Below, piece by piece: positions 1 through 11,800 of a DNA stretch of 64,000 nucleotides. The notes beneath the pieces are model-generated. The model searched no databases. It worked only from the letters and a program-made list of their open reading frames with translations, and was not told where the DNA came from. Every line of letters starts with the position of its first letter. The first letter of the stretch is position 1. The stretch is from contig CANMLD010000002.1 in the NCBI GenBank assembly GCA_947498315.1, positions 8,368 to 72,367 on the forward strand, given 5' to 3'. The DNA comes from Pseudomonadota bacterium (lineage in GTDB: Bacteria > Myxococcota_A > UBA9042 > GCA-2863065). Both the position numbers and the translations under genes were made by a program.

Positions 1-480
1 GCGAGCCCCGAAGGCGGGCCCGAGCTGCGAGTACGTGCGGACCGGTTGCGCGAGAGAGGCCGTTGCCCTCGCGAACGCATCGAAGGTGGGAGCGCCGTCG
101 TCCCCTTCGTTCGCGACGACGACGTCATGATCGTCGACGTGCTCCTGAACGACATGGTCAAGGCCAAGATGATCCTCGATACCGGCGCGTCGTCCGTCGC
201 GTTGACCGCTGAGTTCGCGGAGAGAGCCGGCCTCGATTGGCGCAATGGCGAACCCTACTACGTGGGGACTGCGGGCGGTGTCACGACGGCGCGACGAGTG
301 AAGCTCGACAGCCTCATGCTCGGCCCCGCGCGGGTCGATGGGGTGCAGGCGTCGGTCGTCTCAGCGATGAACTTCGACGACGGAACCGACGGCTTGCTGG
401 GTAACAGCTTCTTGTCGCACTTCGAGATCATGGTGAACGCGGAGTCACGCACCGTGACGCTCACGCCACGTCAGCGGTGA
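1..480 (+). CDS. Retropepsin-like (clan AA) aspartic protease domain protein, 3' part; reading frame is open to window position 1 so the gene probably starts upstream
   Basis: ORF 46..480 contains the DTGAS active-site motif (ILDTGASSVALT) and a retropepsin-like fold pattern (GG..T, LLGNSFL). No in-frame stop between nt 1 and 46. Confidence 0.5.
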   Translation, partial: ASPEGGPELRVRADRLRERGRCPRERIEGGSAVVPFVRDDDVMIVDVLLNDMVKAKMILDTGASSVALTAEFAERAGLDWRNGEPYYVGTAGGVTTARRVKLDSLMLGPARVDGVQASVVSAMNFDDGTDGLLGNSFLSHFEIMVNAESRTVTLTPRQR

Positions 481-498
481 GGGCCCGCTCGGGACGAA

Positions 499-2763
499 TC
501 AGGGGATCACGCGCCACAGCTTCAGCGAGCCATCGGGATTGAGTGCGCCCGTCGCGATGAGGCCGGAGGGCAGGGTGCGAACGCAGCACGGATTTGCTTT
601 GCCCGCCGAAGTGACTGCTTGCGACGCTCCGTCCCGGAGCGACCACGCTCGAAGCTCGCCCAGCTCGTCGATGGTGAGAGCGAGTGGCAACGTCGGGTGG
701 AACGCGAAGTCCACAAGGTCGACCGTGCTGCCGGTGAAGGAGCGGTTGCGGCCCTTCTTCTCCTCTTCTGTGGCGCCCTCGCGGTACGCGTCGAGGTTCA
801 CGAGCTCGATGCTGCGGTCGTTCTCGATGAAGCCGAGGGTCTTGCCGTCCGGAGAGAAGGCCATGCCAAGGAGCTCGCGTCCTAGCCGTGTCCAAAGGAT
901 GTGTCCGTTCTCCAGCGAGCGAACGACAGCGACGTCGTCTCTCTCGGCGCTCGCGATGCGGGTCCCGGTGGGATCGATCGCAAGGGTCACAACCGGGCTC
1001 GAGTGCTCGGACAGGTTCTCGCGGTCAGCCAGGTCGGCCGTATCGTCCGCGGGCGCCTCACCGCTCCGCGGCGGAAGGAGCCGTTTCGGATTCACTCGCA
1101 TGATCCGGCTGTCTCTGCCCGCCGAGACGAGAAGGGGCCCCTTCGCACCCGTCGCCGTCACCAGCCCTCGTATCTGTCCGTAATGGTTCCGAATGGCGGG
1201 GCGGTCCGCCGGCGGGATGCCCCCGGTCGAAGCGAACTCGGTCCCTTCGAAGTCCCCGGCGTCGAAGACGGCGCCGTCTTCGAGGCCGACGTACACCCGT
1301 GAGCCGTCCGGGCTGAGCGCGACCGCGCTGGCGTCCACCTCAAACGGCGGGAGCACTCGCACAGCCCACCCGGGCGCCTCCGCGAGCGCCACTCGACCGC
1401 GGCTCACAACGGCCAACCTCTCTCTCCCTCCGCCCCCGCTCGCGGCCATGGCCCAGACGCCCCCCCCGGGCGACGGGAGGGCAGGGAGCGCGGGTACTGC
1501 CAGCTCGGTGGGCTTGCTCGGCGAGACGGCGACAACCCCCTGCGCTGTCGCGACGTAGAGCGTCTTCCCGTCCGGCGAGAGCCGCAGGCCCTCGATGTTC
1601 CCCCTGCCGAGCTGGTCCGGCTCGGCGACCACGCCATCGGCAGTGGGATCGCGGTGATAGACGCCGATGCGTCCATCCTGCTCACCGATGGCCAGCGAAC
1701 CATCCGGTCCGACCGCGACGTCGACGAGGCGCGACGTGCCAATCTCCCGCATCGCCAACTCTTTCAGCGAGTCGGGAGCGAGCCAGCTCACCTGGCCACC
1801 AAGGCCGACGGCGAGCACGTAGGCCGAGAGCGCTCCCGGCGCACCGTTGTCCTTCGACGGCGCCACGGCCGACTTCGAGGGCATCTCGGGTGCGGCGTCT
1901 CCGACGTCCCCGGCACCGTCCCCTCCCTCATCGCCCATCTCGGGCTCCGAGTCGCCATCGCCGTCGATCTCGTTGTCCTCGTCTTCAGGGAGGTCTTCCA
2001 GTTCCGGCAACGTGGCCGCCTTGACGTGCGCAAGTGCGATGACCGAGTTCGGGAGCTTCGGTGACGTACCCAGCGATTCGCCATTGTCGAGGCTCCAACG
2101 ACGCACCGTAGCGTCCCGAGCCCCGGAGTAGAGGCTCTTGCCGTCTTCCGCGAAGAGGAGCGTGTAGACGGACATCGTGTGGCCCTTGAAGGTGTGCGTC
2201 CGCTTGCCGCTCGCCGTGCTCCAGACGCGGACGTCGTCGTCGACAGAGCCCGTCGCCACGTGTTTGCCGTCCGGGCTGACGGCCAGGGCCTTCACGTCGC
2301 CATCGTGGGCAGGGACGTCTCGCAGGAGCTTTCGGGTGGGTACGTCCCAAATGAGCAGTCGGTTGTCGGCACCCGCGGTCGCTAGGACCTTGCCATCGGC
2401 GGAGAAGGCCGCTTCGAAGACGGCCTCGGTGTGCCCTCTCAACGCCACGCTAGCCGCCTTCCCATCCGTCCTGACGAGGTGGAAGAGCCCGTCCGACGCA
2501 CCGACGACCAGAAGCGAACCGTCGGGCGAGAGCGCAAGGGCACCGCTCACCTCTCCGGTCGGGACCACGATGGAGCGGACGGCTTCGAAACGGGCCGTCG
2601 ATGGGGGCGCATCGACAGTTCCTGCGGCGGACTTCGCAGCAGATTCGATGGGAGGTCCATCTTTCTTGCAGCCCGCAGCACTCACAGCGAGGGCTGCCAA
2701 GGACGAGGAGACTGCGGTCAAGACGACGTTGTTCATGGGGTCGACGCTACTATAAGGCCACAC
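499..2763 (-). CDS. WD40-repeat (beta-propeller) lipoprotein; the likely true start is the second Met at 2736 (MNNVVLTAV...AAGC lipobox)
   Basis: Repeated WD40 units (e.g. GHTMSVYTLLFAEDGKSLYSGARDATVRRWSL; LLIWDVPTRKLL...GDVKALAVSPDGKHVATGSVDDDVRVWS). N-terminal signal peptide with lipobox LAVSAAGC. Acidic low-complexity linker in the middle. Confidence 0.7.
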   Translation of the reverse strand: MWPYSSVDPMNNVVLTAVSSSLAALAVSAAGCKKDGPPIESAAKSAAGTVDAPPSTARFEAVRSIVVPTGEVSGALALSPDGSLLVVGASDGLFHLVRTDGKAASVALRGHTEAVFEAAFSADGKVLATAGADNRLLIWDVPTRKLLRDVPAHDGDVKALAVSPDGKHVATGSVDDDVRVWSTASGKRTHTFKGHTMSVYTLLFAEDGKSLYSGARDATVRRWSLDNGESLGTSPKLPNSVIALAHVKAATLPELEDLPEDEDNEIDGDGDSEPEMGDEGGDGAGDVGDAAPEMPSKSAVAPSKDNGAPGALSAYVLAVGLGGQVSWLAPDSLKELAMREIGTSRLVDVAVGPDGSLAIGEQDGRIGVYHRDPTADGVVAEPDQLGRGNIEGLRLSPDGKTLYVATAQGVVAVSPSKPTELAVPALPALPSPGGGVWAMAASGGGGRERLAVVSRGRVALAEAPGWAVRVLPPFEVDASAVALSPDGSRVYVGLEDGAVFDAGDFEGTEFASTGGIPPADRPAIRNHYGQIRGLVTATGAKGPLLVSAGRDSRIMRVNPKRLLPPRSGEAPADDTADLADRENLSEHSSPVVTLAIDPTGTRIASAERDDVAVVRSLENGHILWTRLGRELLGMAFSPDGKTLGFIENDRSIELVNLDAYREGATEEEKKGRNRSFTGSTVDLVDFAFHPTLPLALTIDELGELRAWSLRDGASQAVTSAGKANPCCVRTLPSGLIATGALNPDGSLKLWRVIP

Positions 2764-2880
2764 GGATAACGATCTCTAGCACCGGGGGGCGGTTGTCCAC
2801 CCCCGGGGCGCGTGCTACAACCACAGCGCTCGTCTGGAGCGTCACGCCGTCGTGCCGCTCTAACGCCACACCACAAAATC

Positions 2881-5800
2881 ATGCCCTCTGGAGAGCCGCC
2901 GATGGACATCGCCGAGATGCGGGACGCGATTGCCAAGAACCCGACGGACGCCGTGACGTTCGAGAAGCTCCAGAACGCGCTTCTGGACGAGCGAAAGCTC
3001 CCGGAGCTCAAGGCAGTCTACGAGTCGGTGTTCCCAGCGATCAAGGATTCTCCCGACAAGGAGAAGATCCTCCGCCTCGTAGACAACGCCGCGCGCCTCT
3101 ATGACGACGAGGGCATTAAGCACTGGCTCAACGCCCAGCTAGGGATCCTCTATTGGCGTGTACTCGACAGCCTTGATCGCGCTGAGGTCTATTTCCGCCG
3201 CGTACAAGATGCCGCGGGCCACTCGGGCGGCATGGTCGGTGAGTTCTATATCGAGTTCTACGCGCGCCGTGACAATTGGCGCCGTCTCGAAGAGCTCTTT
3301 CAGAAGCAGGGCCTCGAGGACATCGAGATCAAGCGGAAGCTCGCGGTCATCGCGGAGGAGCGCGACAAGAAGGACAAGGCGCTCGCCTTCTGGCAGGAGG
3401 TCTACAACTACGATCCCTCCGACGAGACCGTCTTCGACCGGCTTCGTCAGCTCTACGTGGGCGCCGAAAAGTGGCACAGCCTCGTCGAGCTCCTGAAGAA
3501 GCGTCTTGCCGCTGTCGACGGCGACGTCGCTGCCGCGGTCACGCTTCACTTCGAGATGGTCGGGATCTACCGCGAGTACATCAAGAGCGAGACCAAGGTC
3601 ATCGCCGAGCTCCAAGCGCTGTTGAAGCTCGACCCGTCGAACGCCGATGCGCTCGACCAACTCGAGCAGCTCTATGAGGGCATGAAGCGCTGGCCGGACC
3701 TCGTGCGCGTCCTTCAAGAGCGCATCGTCCATGCCACCGGCGAGACGAAGCTCGGTCTCCACGCCCGAATCGCGTCGATCATGCTCGAGCGCTTCTCGAA
3801 TGCGTCGGAAGCGATAAAGCACTATCAGGCCATCCTCGAGCTCGACGGGCAGAACCTCGACGCCATCCGGAAACTCAAGGAACTCTACGAGCAACGGAAG
3901 ACGTGGGAGCAGTACGTCGAAGTCGCGCAGCTCGAGATCCGTCTCGCGGGCGGGTCGCCACAGGACCGAACGAACTCCCTCATCCAACTCGCCGGGCTCG
4001 CCAGCGAGAAGATCCGGGTCCCGCGTATCGCGGTCTCCCTCTGGGAGCAGATCCTCGAGACCGATCCGACGCACGCAGACGCCCTCGCTCAACTCGAGCA
4101 ACTCTATGAGCGCGACAAGGCGTACGACAAGCTCGCCGACATCATCTCTGCCCGCGCTGATCAGACCTCGGACGTCGCGGCACAGGTCGCGCTTCTCGAG
4201 AAGTTGGGCGCGGTCATCTCGACTCGCTTGAAGGACGAAGAGCGCACAGCGGACGTCTGGCGCCGGCTCCTCGCGATCCAGACCGGCCACAAGAAGGCCT
4301 TCGACGAGCTCCGCAAGCGCTACCTTGCGGCATCGGACTTCGACGCGCTCGAAGGGCTGTATCGCCAGCATGGGACCCTCTCCGAGCTCACGCGCGCCCT
4401 CGAAGCGCAGGTGAAGTCCGAGTCGGACACGGGCAAGATCTCGCTATTGCAGCGCATCGCCGGTCTCCGCCGCGAAGAAGGAAACGCGCCGAAGGCGATC
4501 GCGGCCCTCGAAGAGATCCTGGCCCTCGACTCGCAGAACGCCGCCGCCGCTAGGGCCCTCATCCCGGATTACGCGTCGCTCGGCCAGTGGGACAAGCTTG
4601 CAGGCGCCTACGACGTCGTGCTCGGCGCTACCGAAGACGCCGCCACGCGCCGTCCCATTCTCGAGTCCAAGGCTCGAATCGCGGAGACCCAGCTCGGCGA
4701 CAGCAACGCCGCCTACTTCTGCCTCGTCGAGTGCCTCCGCAACGCGCCTGGTGACACCGACTTGCGTAGCGAGCTCGACCGTCTCGCCCAGGCCAGCGAC
4801 AACCTCGAAGGCTTCGCCGAGGTCCTCGAGGAGGCCCTCGAGCTCCTCGACGAATCGTCTCCAGAGGTGCTCCGAACCACGCTCCGAGTCGCCGAGATAT
4901 GGCACGGCCTCGGCAGCCCCGGACGCGCGCTCGGTCACTACGCCCGCGTCGTTCAGGTGTTGCAGCCCGGTCACACGGGCGCCCTCGCCGCGATGGAAGC
5001 CATCTATCGCGAGACGGGCCAGTGGGATGAGCTCCTCGAGCTCCTCCAGGACAAGCAGAACGGCAGCAACCTCGACGCCGAGGGGCAGAAGTCGCTGCGG
5101 TTCGAGATCGCGGCTGTGTGCCGCGACAAGCTCGGTCGTGCGGAAGATGCGATGCGCGTCTACCGCGAGATGATGGATCAGTTCCCGGACGACCTCCGCA
5201 TCTACGACGAGCTGGCCCAACTCCACCTTCTGGCCGAAGACTGGATCGAGCTCATCTCGGTGCTCGAGCGCAAGCTCGGGGCGCTCAGCGACCGCTCCGA
5301 CACGAAGCCGCAGGCTATCTCGGAGCTCCGCGCTCGCCTCGGCCTTGAACACGTGCGCTTCGGAGAGTCGGCTCGCGCCGTCGAGTACTTCATCGACGCC
5401 CTCAACGCCGACGGCAACAACGACGTCGCCATCGCACAGCTCACCATCCTCATGGCTCAGTCGGCGCTCGAGCGTACCGTGGCTGAGGCCCTCGAACCGG
5501 TCTGGGTACGCCGTGGCGACGATAAACAACTCGCCGCGGTCATCGAGATCCAGCTGCGCTACGCGCGCGACAAGAAGGCCAAGAAGAAGCTCATCGAGCG
5601 CTTGGTCGTCCTTTACCGCGACAAGATTGCCGATGACGCAGCCGCTCTCGATGCGGCCAGCCGCCTCTTCGTGCTCGATCCCGAGGCAGGCTTTGCCAAG
5701 GGCGCTCGCCCCACTGTCGAGGCCATCGCCCTCAAGCTCGGTGCTCACGCCGCGCTCGCGGACCTCTACGAGCAGAACGTCGATCGTATCGACGAGCCTG

Positions 5801-8800
5801 CCACGCGCCTCATCGTCCACAACGCCATCGCGCGAAGTGTCTACGAACACGGCAGCGACTTCATCCGAGCCGAGAAGCACTTCCGCTCCATCCTGGACAT
5901 CGACGGGGGCCATGCGGACACCCTCGACGCGCTCGAAGAGCTCTACGCCGTTACAGAGCAATACGAACTGCTCCTCGAGATCGTGCTTAAAAAGGAGCAG
6001 CTCGCTACGAGCGACGACGCTCGGGTCGCGTTCCGCTTCCAGACCGCCACACTCCTCGCCGAGCAGCTCGGCCGAATTCCGGAAGCGATCGACGACCTTC
6101 GCCGGATCCTGGGCATCGAACCCGGCAATGCGCAAGCGCTCGCTCGCCTCGACGACCTCTACACCCGCACGGAAGCCTGGCTAGACCTCCACGACATCCT
6201 GCGTTCGCGCATCGATGGCGCCGCGTCCGACGATGACCGGGTCTCGCTCTTGGTGCGCCTCGCCGAGCTGCAGGAGACCCGGCTCGACATGCCGACGGAC
6301 GCGGTCATCACGTACGCCGACGTCATCGCCATCGACTTCGTGCAGCCGGACGCCGTGGGCGCCCTCGAGCGTCTCTTCGCGGAGCCTGACTACGCAGGGA
6401 TTATCGCGCCCATCCTCGAGGCTACCTACCAAGCCACCGGTCGATGGGACGGCCTCGTGGCGGTCTACACCGAGATGGAGCGTGCCGCCGAGACCACTGA
6501 CGAGAAGGTTGACCTCCAGTTCAAGATCGCCGGCCTCTACGAAGGCCCGGGCCAGTCGCCGGCGCAGGCGTATCAACACCTCGGTGAAGCGTACCGCTAC
6601 GATCCGGCGCGCGAGACCACGGTCAAGGAGCTCATCCGCCTCGCAGACGTCCTGGGCGATCAGCGCGGTCTCACGGTCTTGCTCGCAGAGAAGGTCGAAC
6701 TCATCGCGGACGAGACCCGCCGTCGAGAGACCCAGCGCGTCATCGCTCAAACCCTCGCGGACAAAGTCGGCGACGCACCGAAGGCCATCGAAGCGTATCG
6801 GGCCGTACTCGATCTCGCGCCGGGCGATGTGCAAGCGACCGACGCCCTCATCACGCTCTACCGCAAGACCGAGCAATACCCTCAGCTCGTCGACATGCTG
6901 CGCCAACGTGCAGGTCTCGAGAACGACGTCAAGCGCAAGAAGGCGCTCCTCGCCGAAGCGGGCGAGATCGCCTCGGCCGCCATCGGCGCAGAAGAAGCCA
7001 TCTCGGTCTACGAGTCCGCGCTCGAGGTCGATCCGAACGACGTCGCCACCCTCGACGCGCTTGCTCGGGTCTACGAGGAGACCGAAGCCTGGAACGACCT
7101 CTGCCGTATCCTTGGCCGCAAGATCGAGCTCGAAAGCGACCTCGAGACGAAGAAGGCCTACGCCCGAGAGCTCGCCGGCGTTCAGGAGCAGCGGATCGAA
7201 GACCCGGACAGCGCCATCGAGACGCAGCGGGTCATCCTCGGATGGGACGAGGCGGACCTCGCCGCGCTCGCGTCACTCGACGATCTCTTCGGACTCACCG
7301 AGCGCTGGATCGAGCTCATCGAGATCATCGATCGCCAAAACGCGCTCGGCGCGGGCGACAGCGCTGACTTGATGCTCCGTAAAGCCTCGGTGTGGAACGA
7401 GAAAGTCGGCGATACGGGCCAAGCCATCAACGTCCTGTCGGCCATCCTCACCGAACGTCCGCAAGAGACGCGCGCCATCGCGGCGCTCGAAGCCATCGTC
7501 CGCGACAGCGACGAGCGTGAAGCCGCCTACGCGGCTCTCCGGCCGGTTCTAGAGAATAGTGGAGCCTGGTCCGCCATCCTCGGCCTCTCCGAGATCTTGG
7601 TCTCAACTCGCGATATCCCTGCGGCCCAAGTGCAGGCCCTCGCCGACATGGCGACGATCGCCGAGGCGCGGCTCAACGCGCCAGAGAACGCCTTCAGCTT
7701 CTGGGGTCGTGCCCTCGCCCTTGACGGAGACGACACCGACGCCATGGCGGCGGTCGAGCGGCTTGCGAAGGCTCACGGACTCTGGGAGGCGCTCGTCGAG
7801 CTGCTCGACGCTGCCGCCAAGCGCAACGACGATCCGTCTCGCAGCGTCACCCTGCGTCTGCGCGCAGCTGACGTCTTGAAGGACGAGATCGGCGCTTACG
7901 ACCGCGCCATCGTCTCTTATAACGTGGTCCTCCAAGACGACGATCAGAACGCGACGGCGCTCCTGGCCCTCGACGAGCTGTATACCGCGACCGACGCGCA
8001 TGCGGAACTGCCTGGCATCCTCGCCCGTCGCATCGACATCACGACCGACGCCGCCGAAAAGATCGGGCTCTACTTCCGCCTCGCTGACGTCGCGGAGAAC
8101 CGACTCGGCGAGTCCGACCGCCCCGTCGAGTGCTTCCGCGAGATCTTCTACCTGAACTCCAACAATGCAGCCGCGATCTCCGAACTCGAGCGGCTCATGC
8201 GCACGACAGGGCACCGTCTCGAGATCGCAGACCTGCTCGAGCCGGTGTACGCGGACCGCGGCCAGTGGCCGCAGCTCCTCGCGCTCCTCGACCTGCGCCT
8301 CGACTTGGCGAAGGACCCGACCGACCGCCTCGACCTGCTCCGCCGGATGGCATCGGTCAGCCTCGACCAGCTTGGGAACAAGGGCGACGCCCTTCACCGC
8401 TACAGCTTGGCCTTCAAGATCGATCCCGGCGACGACAGCCTCCTCGAACGCGTGGAGACCCTCGCCTCCGAGACCGGCGACTACGCCTCCCTGAAGGAGA
8501 CGCTTCTCGCCGTTGCAATCGGTCTTCAGGAGAAATCCCGCAAAATCGAGCTCTGGCACAAGGCTGCTCTGGTCGTTATGAACCAGCTCGCCGATAAGGA
8601 CCAGGGCGAGCGTATCTACGAGTACGTCCTCAATGAGGACCAGTCGGATCTGACGGCGCTCCGCGCCCTCGACACGCTCTACGTCCAGCAGAACCGCTGG
8701 ACCGAGCTCGACGTATGCCTTCAGAGCCAAGTCGCCGCCGTCGAGTTCGACGACGAACGGGTCGGGCTGCTCCTCCGCCTCGGCGAGCTGTGCACGGGCA

Positions 8801-11800
8801 AACTCGGCCGTCCCGCCGACGCCATCGCTGCCTACGTCGATGCCTTGGCTTACAACGAGACCGAACCGACGGCGCTCGCCGCGCTCAACACACTCTATCG
8901 TGACGTGGGTGAGTGGGAGCCGCTCTTCGACATCGCGACGCGTCAGTCGGAGATCGCGTCGGACGACGCCACGCGTCTCGCCCACAAGCGAGACTTGGCC
9001 GAGCTCGCCGAGAACAAGCTCGGACGTGCCGAGGACGCTCTCCACCTCTGGGAGGACGTGCTCTCGATCACCCCGGCCGACCTCGACGCCATCCGCCACA
9101 TCGAGCGTCTCCACAGGGGCGCCGGCAACGACGAGGGTGTGGCCGAAGCCATGGAACGCGAGCTCCGTACGCTCGGCGGGGAGGACCCCGTCCGTGCATC
9201 GGATCTCTACCGCGAGTTGGGTCGCCTCTTCGCAGGCAAGCTCGACGACCCCTTCAAGGCGCAGGAGGCCTGGGAGCGTCTCCTCGACCTCGAGGACAAC
9301 GACGTCGAGGCACTCAAGGCCCTCGCGAAGCTGCACGAAGACGGGTCGAACCTCGAGGCACTCGCCAAGACGCTCGAGAAGATGGTCGCGTCGCGTCGCT
9401 TCTTCGGCGACGAGGTGCTCGCTCTCTGGCAACAGCTCGCCCGGCTCTACACCGAGTCGGTGCCCGAGCCGCAGAACGCCATCCGCGCGTGGAGCCAAGT
9501 CCGCGACGTTCGTCCGGACGATCTCGAAGCGGTTCGCGCTCTAGAGACGCTCTACAGCGATGGCGGACAGTGGGCGCCGGCGGTGGCCATGATGACCGTC
9601 AAGGCTGGCCTCGTGCCGGCGGCCGAGGCGGTCGGCGTCTGGTTCGCGATCGGTGAGGCGCAGCAGTTCCAGCTGAGCGACCCGGCGTCAGCGGCGGTCT
9701 CGTACGCCCGGGTGCTCGAGCTCGACAACGCACATCAAGATGCCGGAGAGCGCCTCGAAGGCATCTACCAGGACTCTGGACGCTTCGCTGACCTCGCCAA
9801 GCTCCTCGAAGCCCGCGCGGATCTCCTCGACCGTCCCGAAGACAAGCGCGACCTCTTCGTGCGGCTGGCCGACCTCTACGAGACGCGCCTCGGCGACCTC
9901 GCGGCGGCGCTCGTCTATACCATCGCAGCGCACGATCAAAAGCACGGTGACCTCGATATCGTCCTCTCTATCGAGCGGATCGCCACGGTGATCGAGCAGT
10001 GGAGCGATCTGCACGAGCAGTACGCCTTCGCGCTCGACGCGACCACCGACGAGACCGACCGCATCGACATCGCGCTCCGCGATGCGCGGCTTCTCGAGTC
10101 CAAGCTTCAGGACTCGCAGGGGGCCATCGAGCGCTACCGGCATGTCTTGGAGCTCAACCCGGATCACGCTGAGGCGATGCTCGAGATCGCGGGTCTTTAC
10201 GAGAAGACCGGAGCCTGGGAAGACCTCGTCGCGATCCTCGAGCGTCGCTTCGGGTCGTCCAACGACTCGTTCGAGCGCGGTGAGATCGGCGTCAAGATCG
10301 GCTCGGTGCTTCGTGACCAGCTCGGCGCCATCGACCGTGCCGTCGATGCCTTCAAACGGGTCTTGGACCTCGGTGTGGCCGAACAGCGCGTCATCGAGGC
10401 CCTCGAAGCGATCTTCCGCAGCGCGTCCCGCTACGACGACCTCGTGGAGATCCTCTTCGCCAAGGCGAATTCGGGCCTCGGCAACGAGACGGCGCTCAAG
10501 CTCGAGATCGGCTCCATCCGTGAAGAGAAGCTGTCCGACCCGCGTGGCGCCATCGACATCTACGAGTCGATCCTGAGCCTCGATGAGTCGAATCGCGACT
10601 CGCTCGACCGCTTGATGAGTCTCTACGCCGACGTGAACGACATGGAGCGTCTCACGAGCGTCTACGAGCGGCTCCTCCACGCGGCCGAGTCGGACGAGGA
10701 ACAGATCACCTACTGCGAGGCGCTGGCCGTCCTCCAGAAAGACGTCCACCAAAACCCGGAAGCGGCAGCGGACTACTACTTCCGCATCCTCACCATCGAC
10801 ACGAAGCACTCGGACGCCATGGCGGCGCTCGAGGAGCTTTACGAGACGATGGAGCGCTGGGAGGACCTCATCGAGATCTTCCGCCGGCGCCTAGAGCAGT
10901 CGGATGACACGACGACGTGGTCCTCCTACAAGGAGAAGTCGGCGCGCCTCTACTCCGAGAAGCTTCAGGATCTCGGCAGCGCCATCGACGCCTACCAGCA
11001 GCTCATCGATCGCGTCCCGGGGAACCGCGCCGCGCTCGACGCGCTCGAGGCGCTCTACCGCGCTGACGCACACTGGGAGCGCGTGCAGGACGTGCTCGCG
11101 CAGAAGGCCGAGTACACCAAGGGACCCGAGCGGCTCGCGCTGCTCATCGATCGCGCTCGCATCGTGCTCGAAGAGCTGTCCGATCCGGATGGTGCGCTCG
11201 AGATCGCACGTCGCGCCGAAGTCGAGGCGCCGAGTGACGCGACCATCTCCAGCTTGCTCGAGGCGGTCTACGGGCGACGCGGCGAGTGGGACCAAGTGGT
11301 TCAGGTCCTCAGCCGACGCGGCTCTCACGCCCGGTCGGACGCCGATTCGGCCGCCGCCGAAGTCGCGATCGCAAAGGTCTACGAAGAGAAGCTGCACGAC
11401 GGCGAAGCGGCCATTCGGCACTATGAGCGGGCGCTCGAGTTGGTCCCATCCGACGTTCAGACGTCGGAGCGCCTCGCAGGCCTCTACGTCATCGCGGAGG
11501 ACTGGATCAAGGCGGAGGCACTCCTGTCTCTCATCGTTCGTCGGGCTCCGACCGACGCCGAACCTGAGTGGATGAGTCGCACGTACAAGAACCTGGGTCT
11601 CTCGCTCGAGAACATGCTCCGCCCCTCGGAGGCCCTCGAGGCGTACGAGCAGGCGCACAACTTCGCCCCAGAGGACATGGAGATCCTGAAGGCGCTGGGC
11701 CGCGCGGCCGAAGCGACCGGAGACTTTGGCACGGCGGAGAAGGTCTTCACACAGCTCATCGAAGCGGCGCGTCTCGACGCGACCGAAGCGGAGCTCGTGA

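Noticed and set aside
2779-2808. GC hairpin ccgggg...ccccgg as a transcription terminator
   Set aside because: It lies between two divergently transcribed gene starts and has no U-tract. It is more likely a regulatory or structural element than a terminator, and it is kept only as a note within the WD40/TPR finding.
3139-9498. Long antisense ORFs inside the giant TPR gene (3139..4371 -, 4444..6135 -, 7603..9498 -, 9688..10809 -, 10891..12126 -), plus same-strand off-frame ORFs (5345..6184, 6215..7372, 8840..9544, 12720..13538)
   Set aside because: The translations are low-complexity R/A/G/P- or S/T/R-rich, typical of out-of-frame reading of ~70% GC DNA. The + strand frame gives a continuous, periodic repeat protein. 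So these are treated as artefacts.
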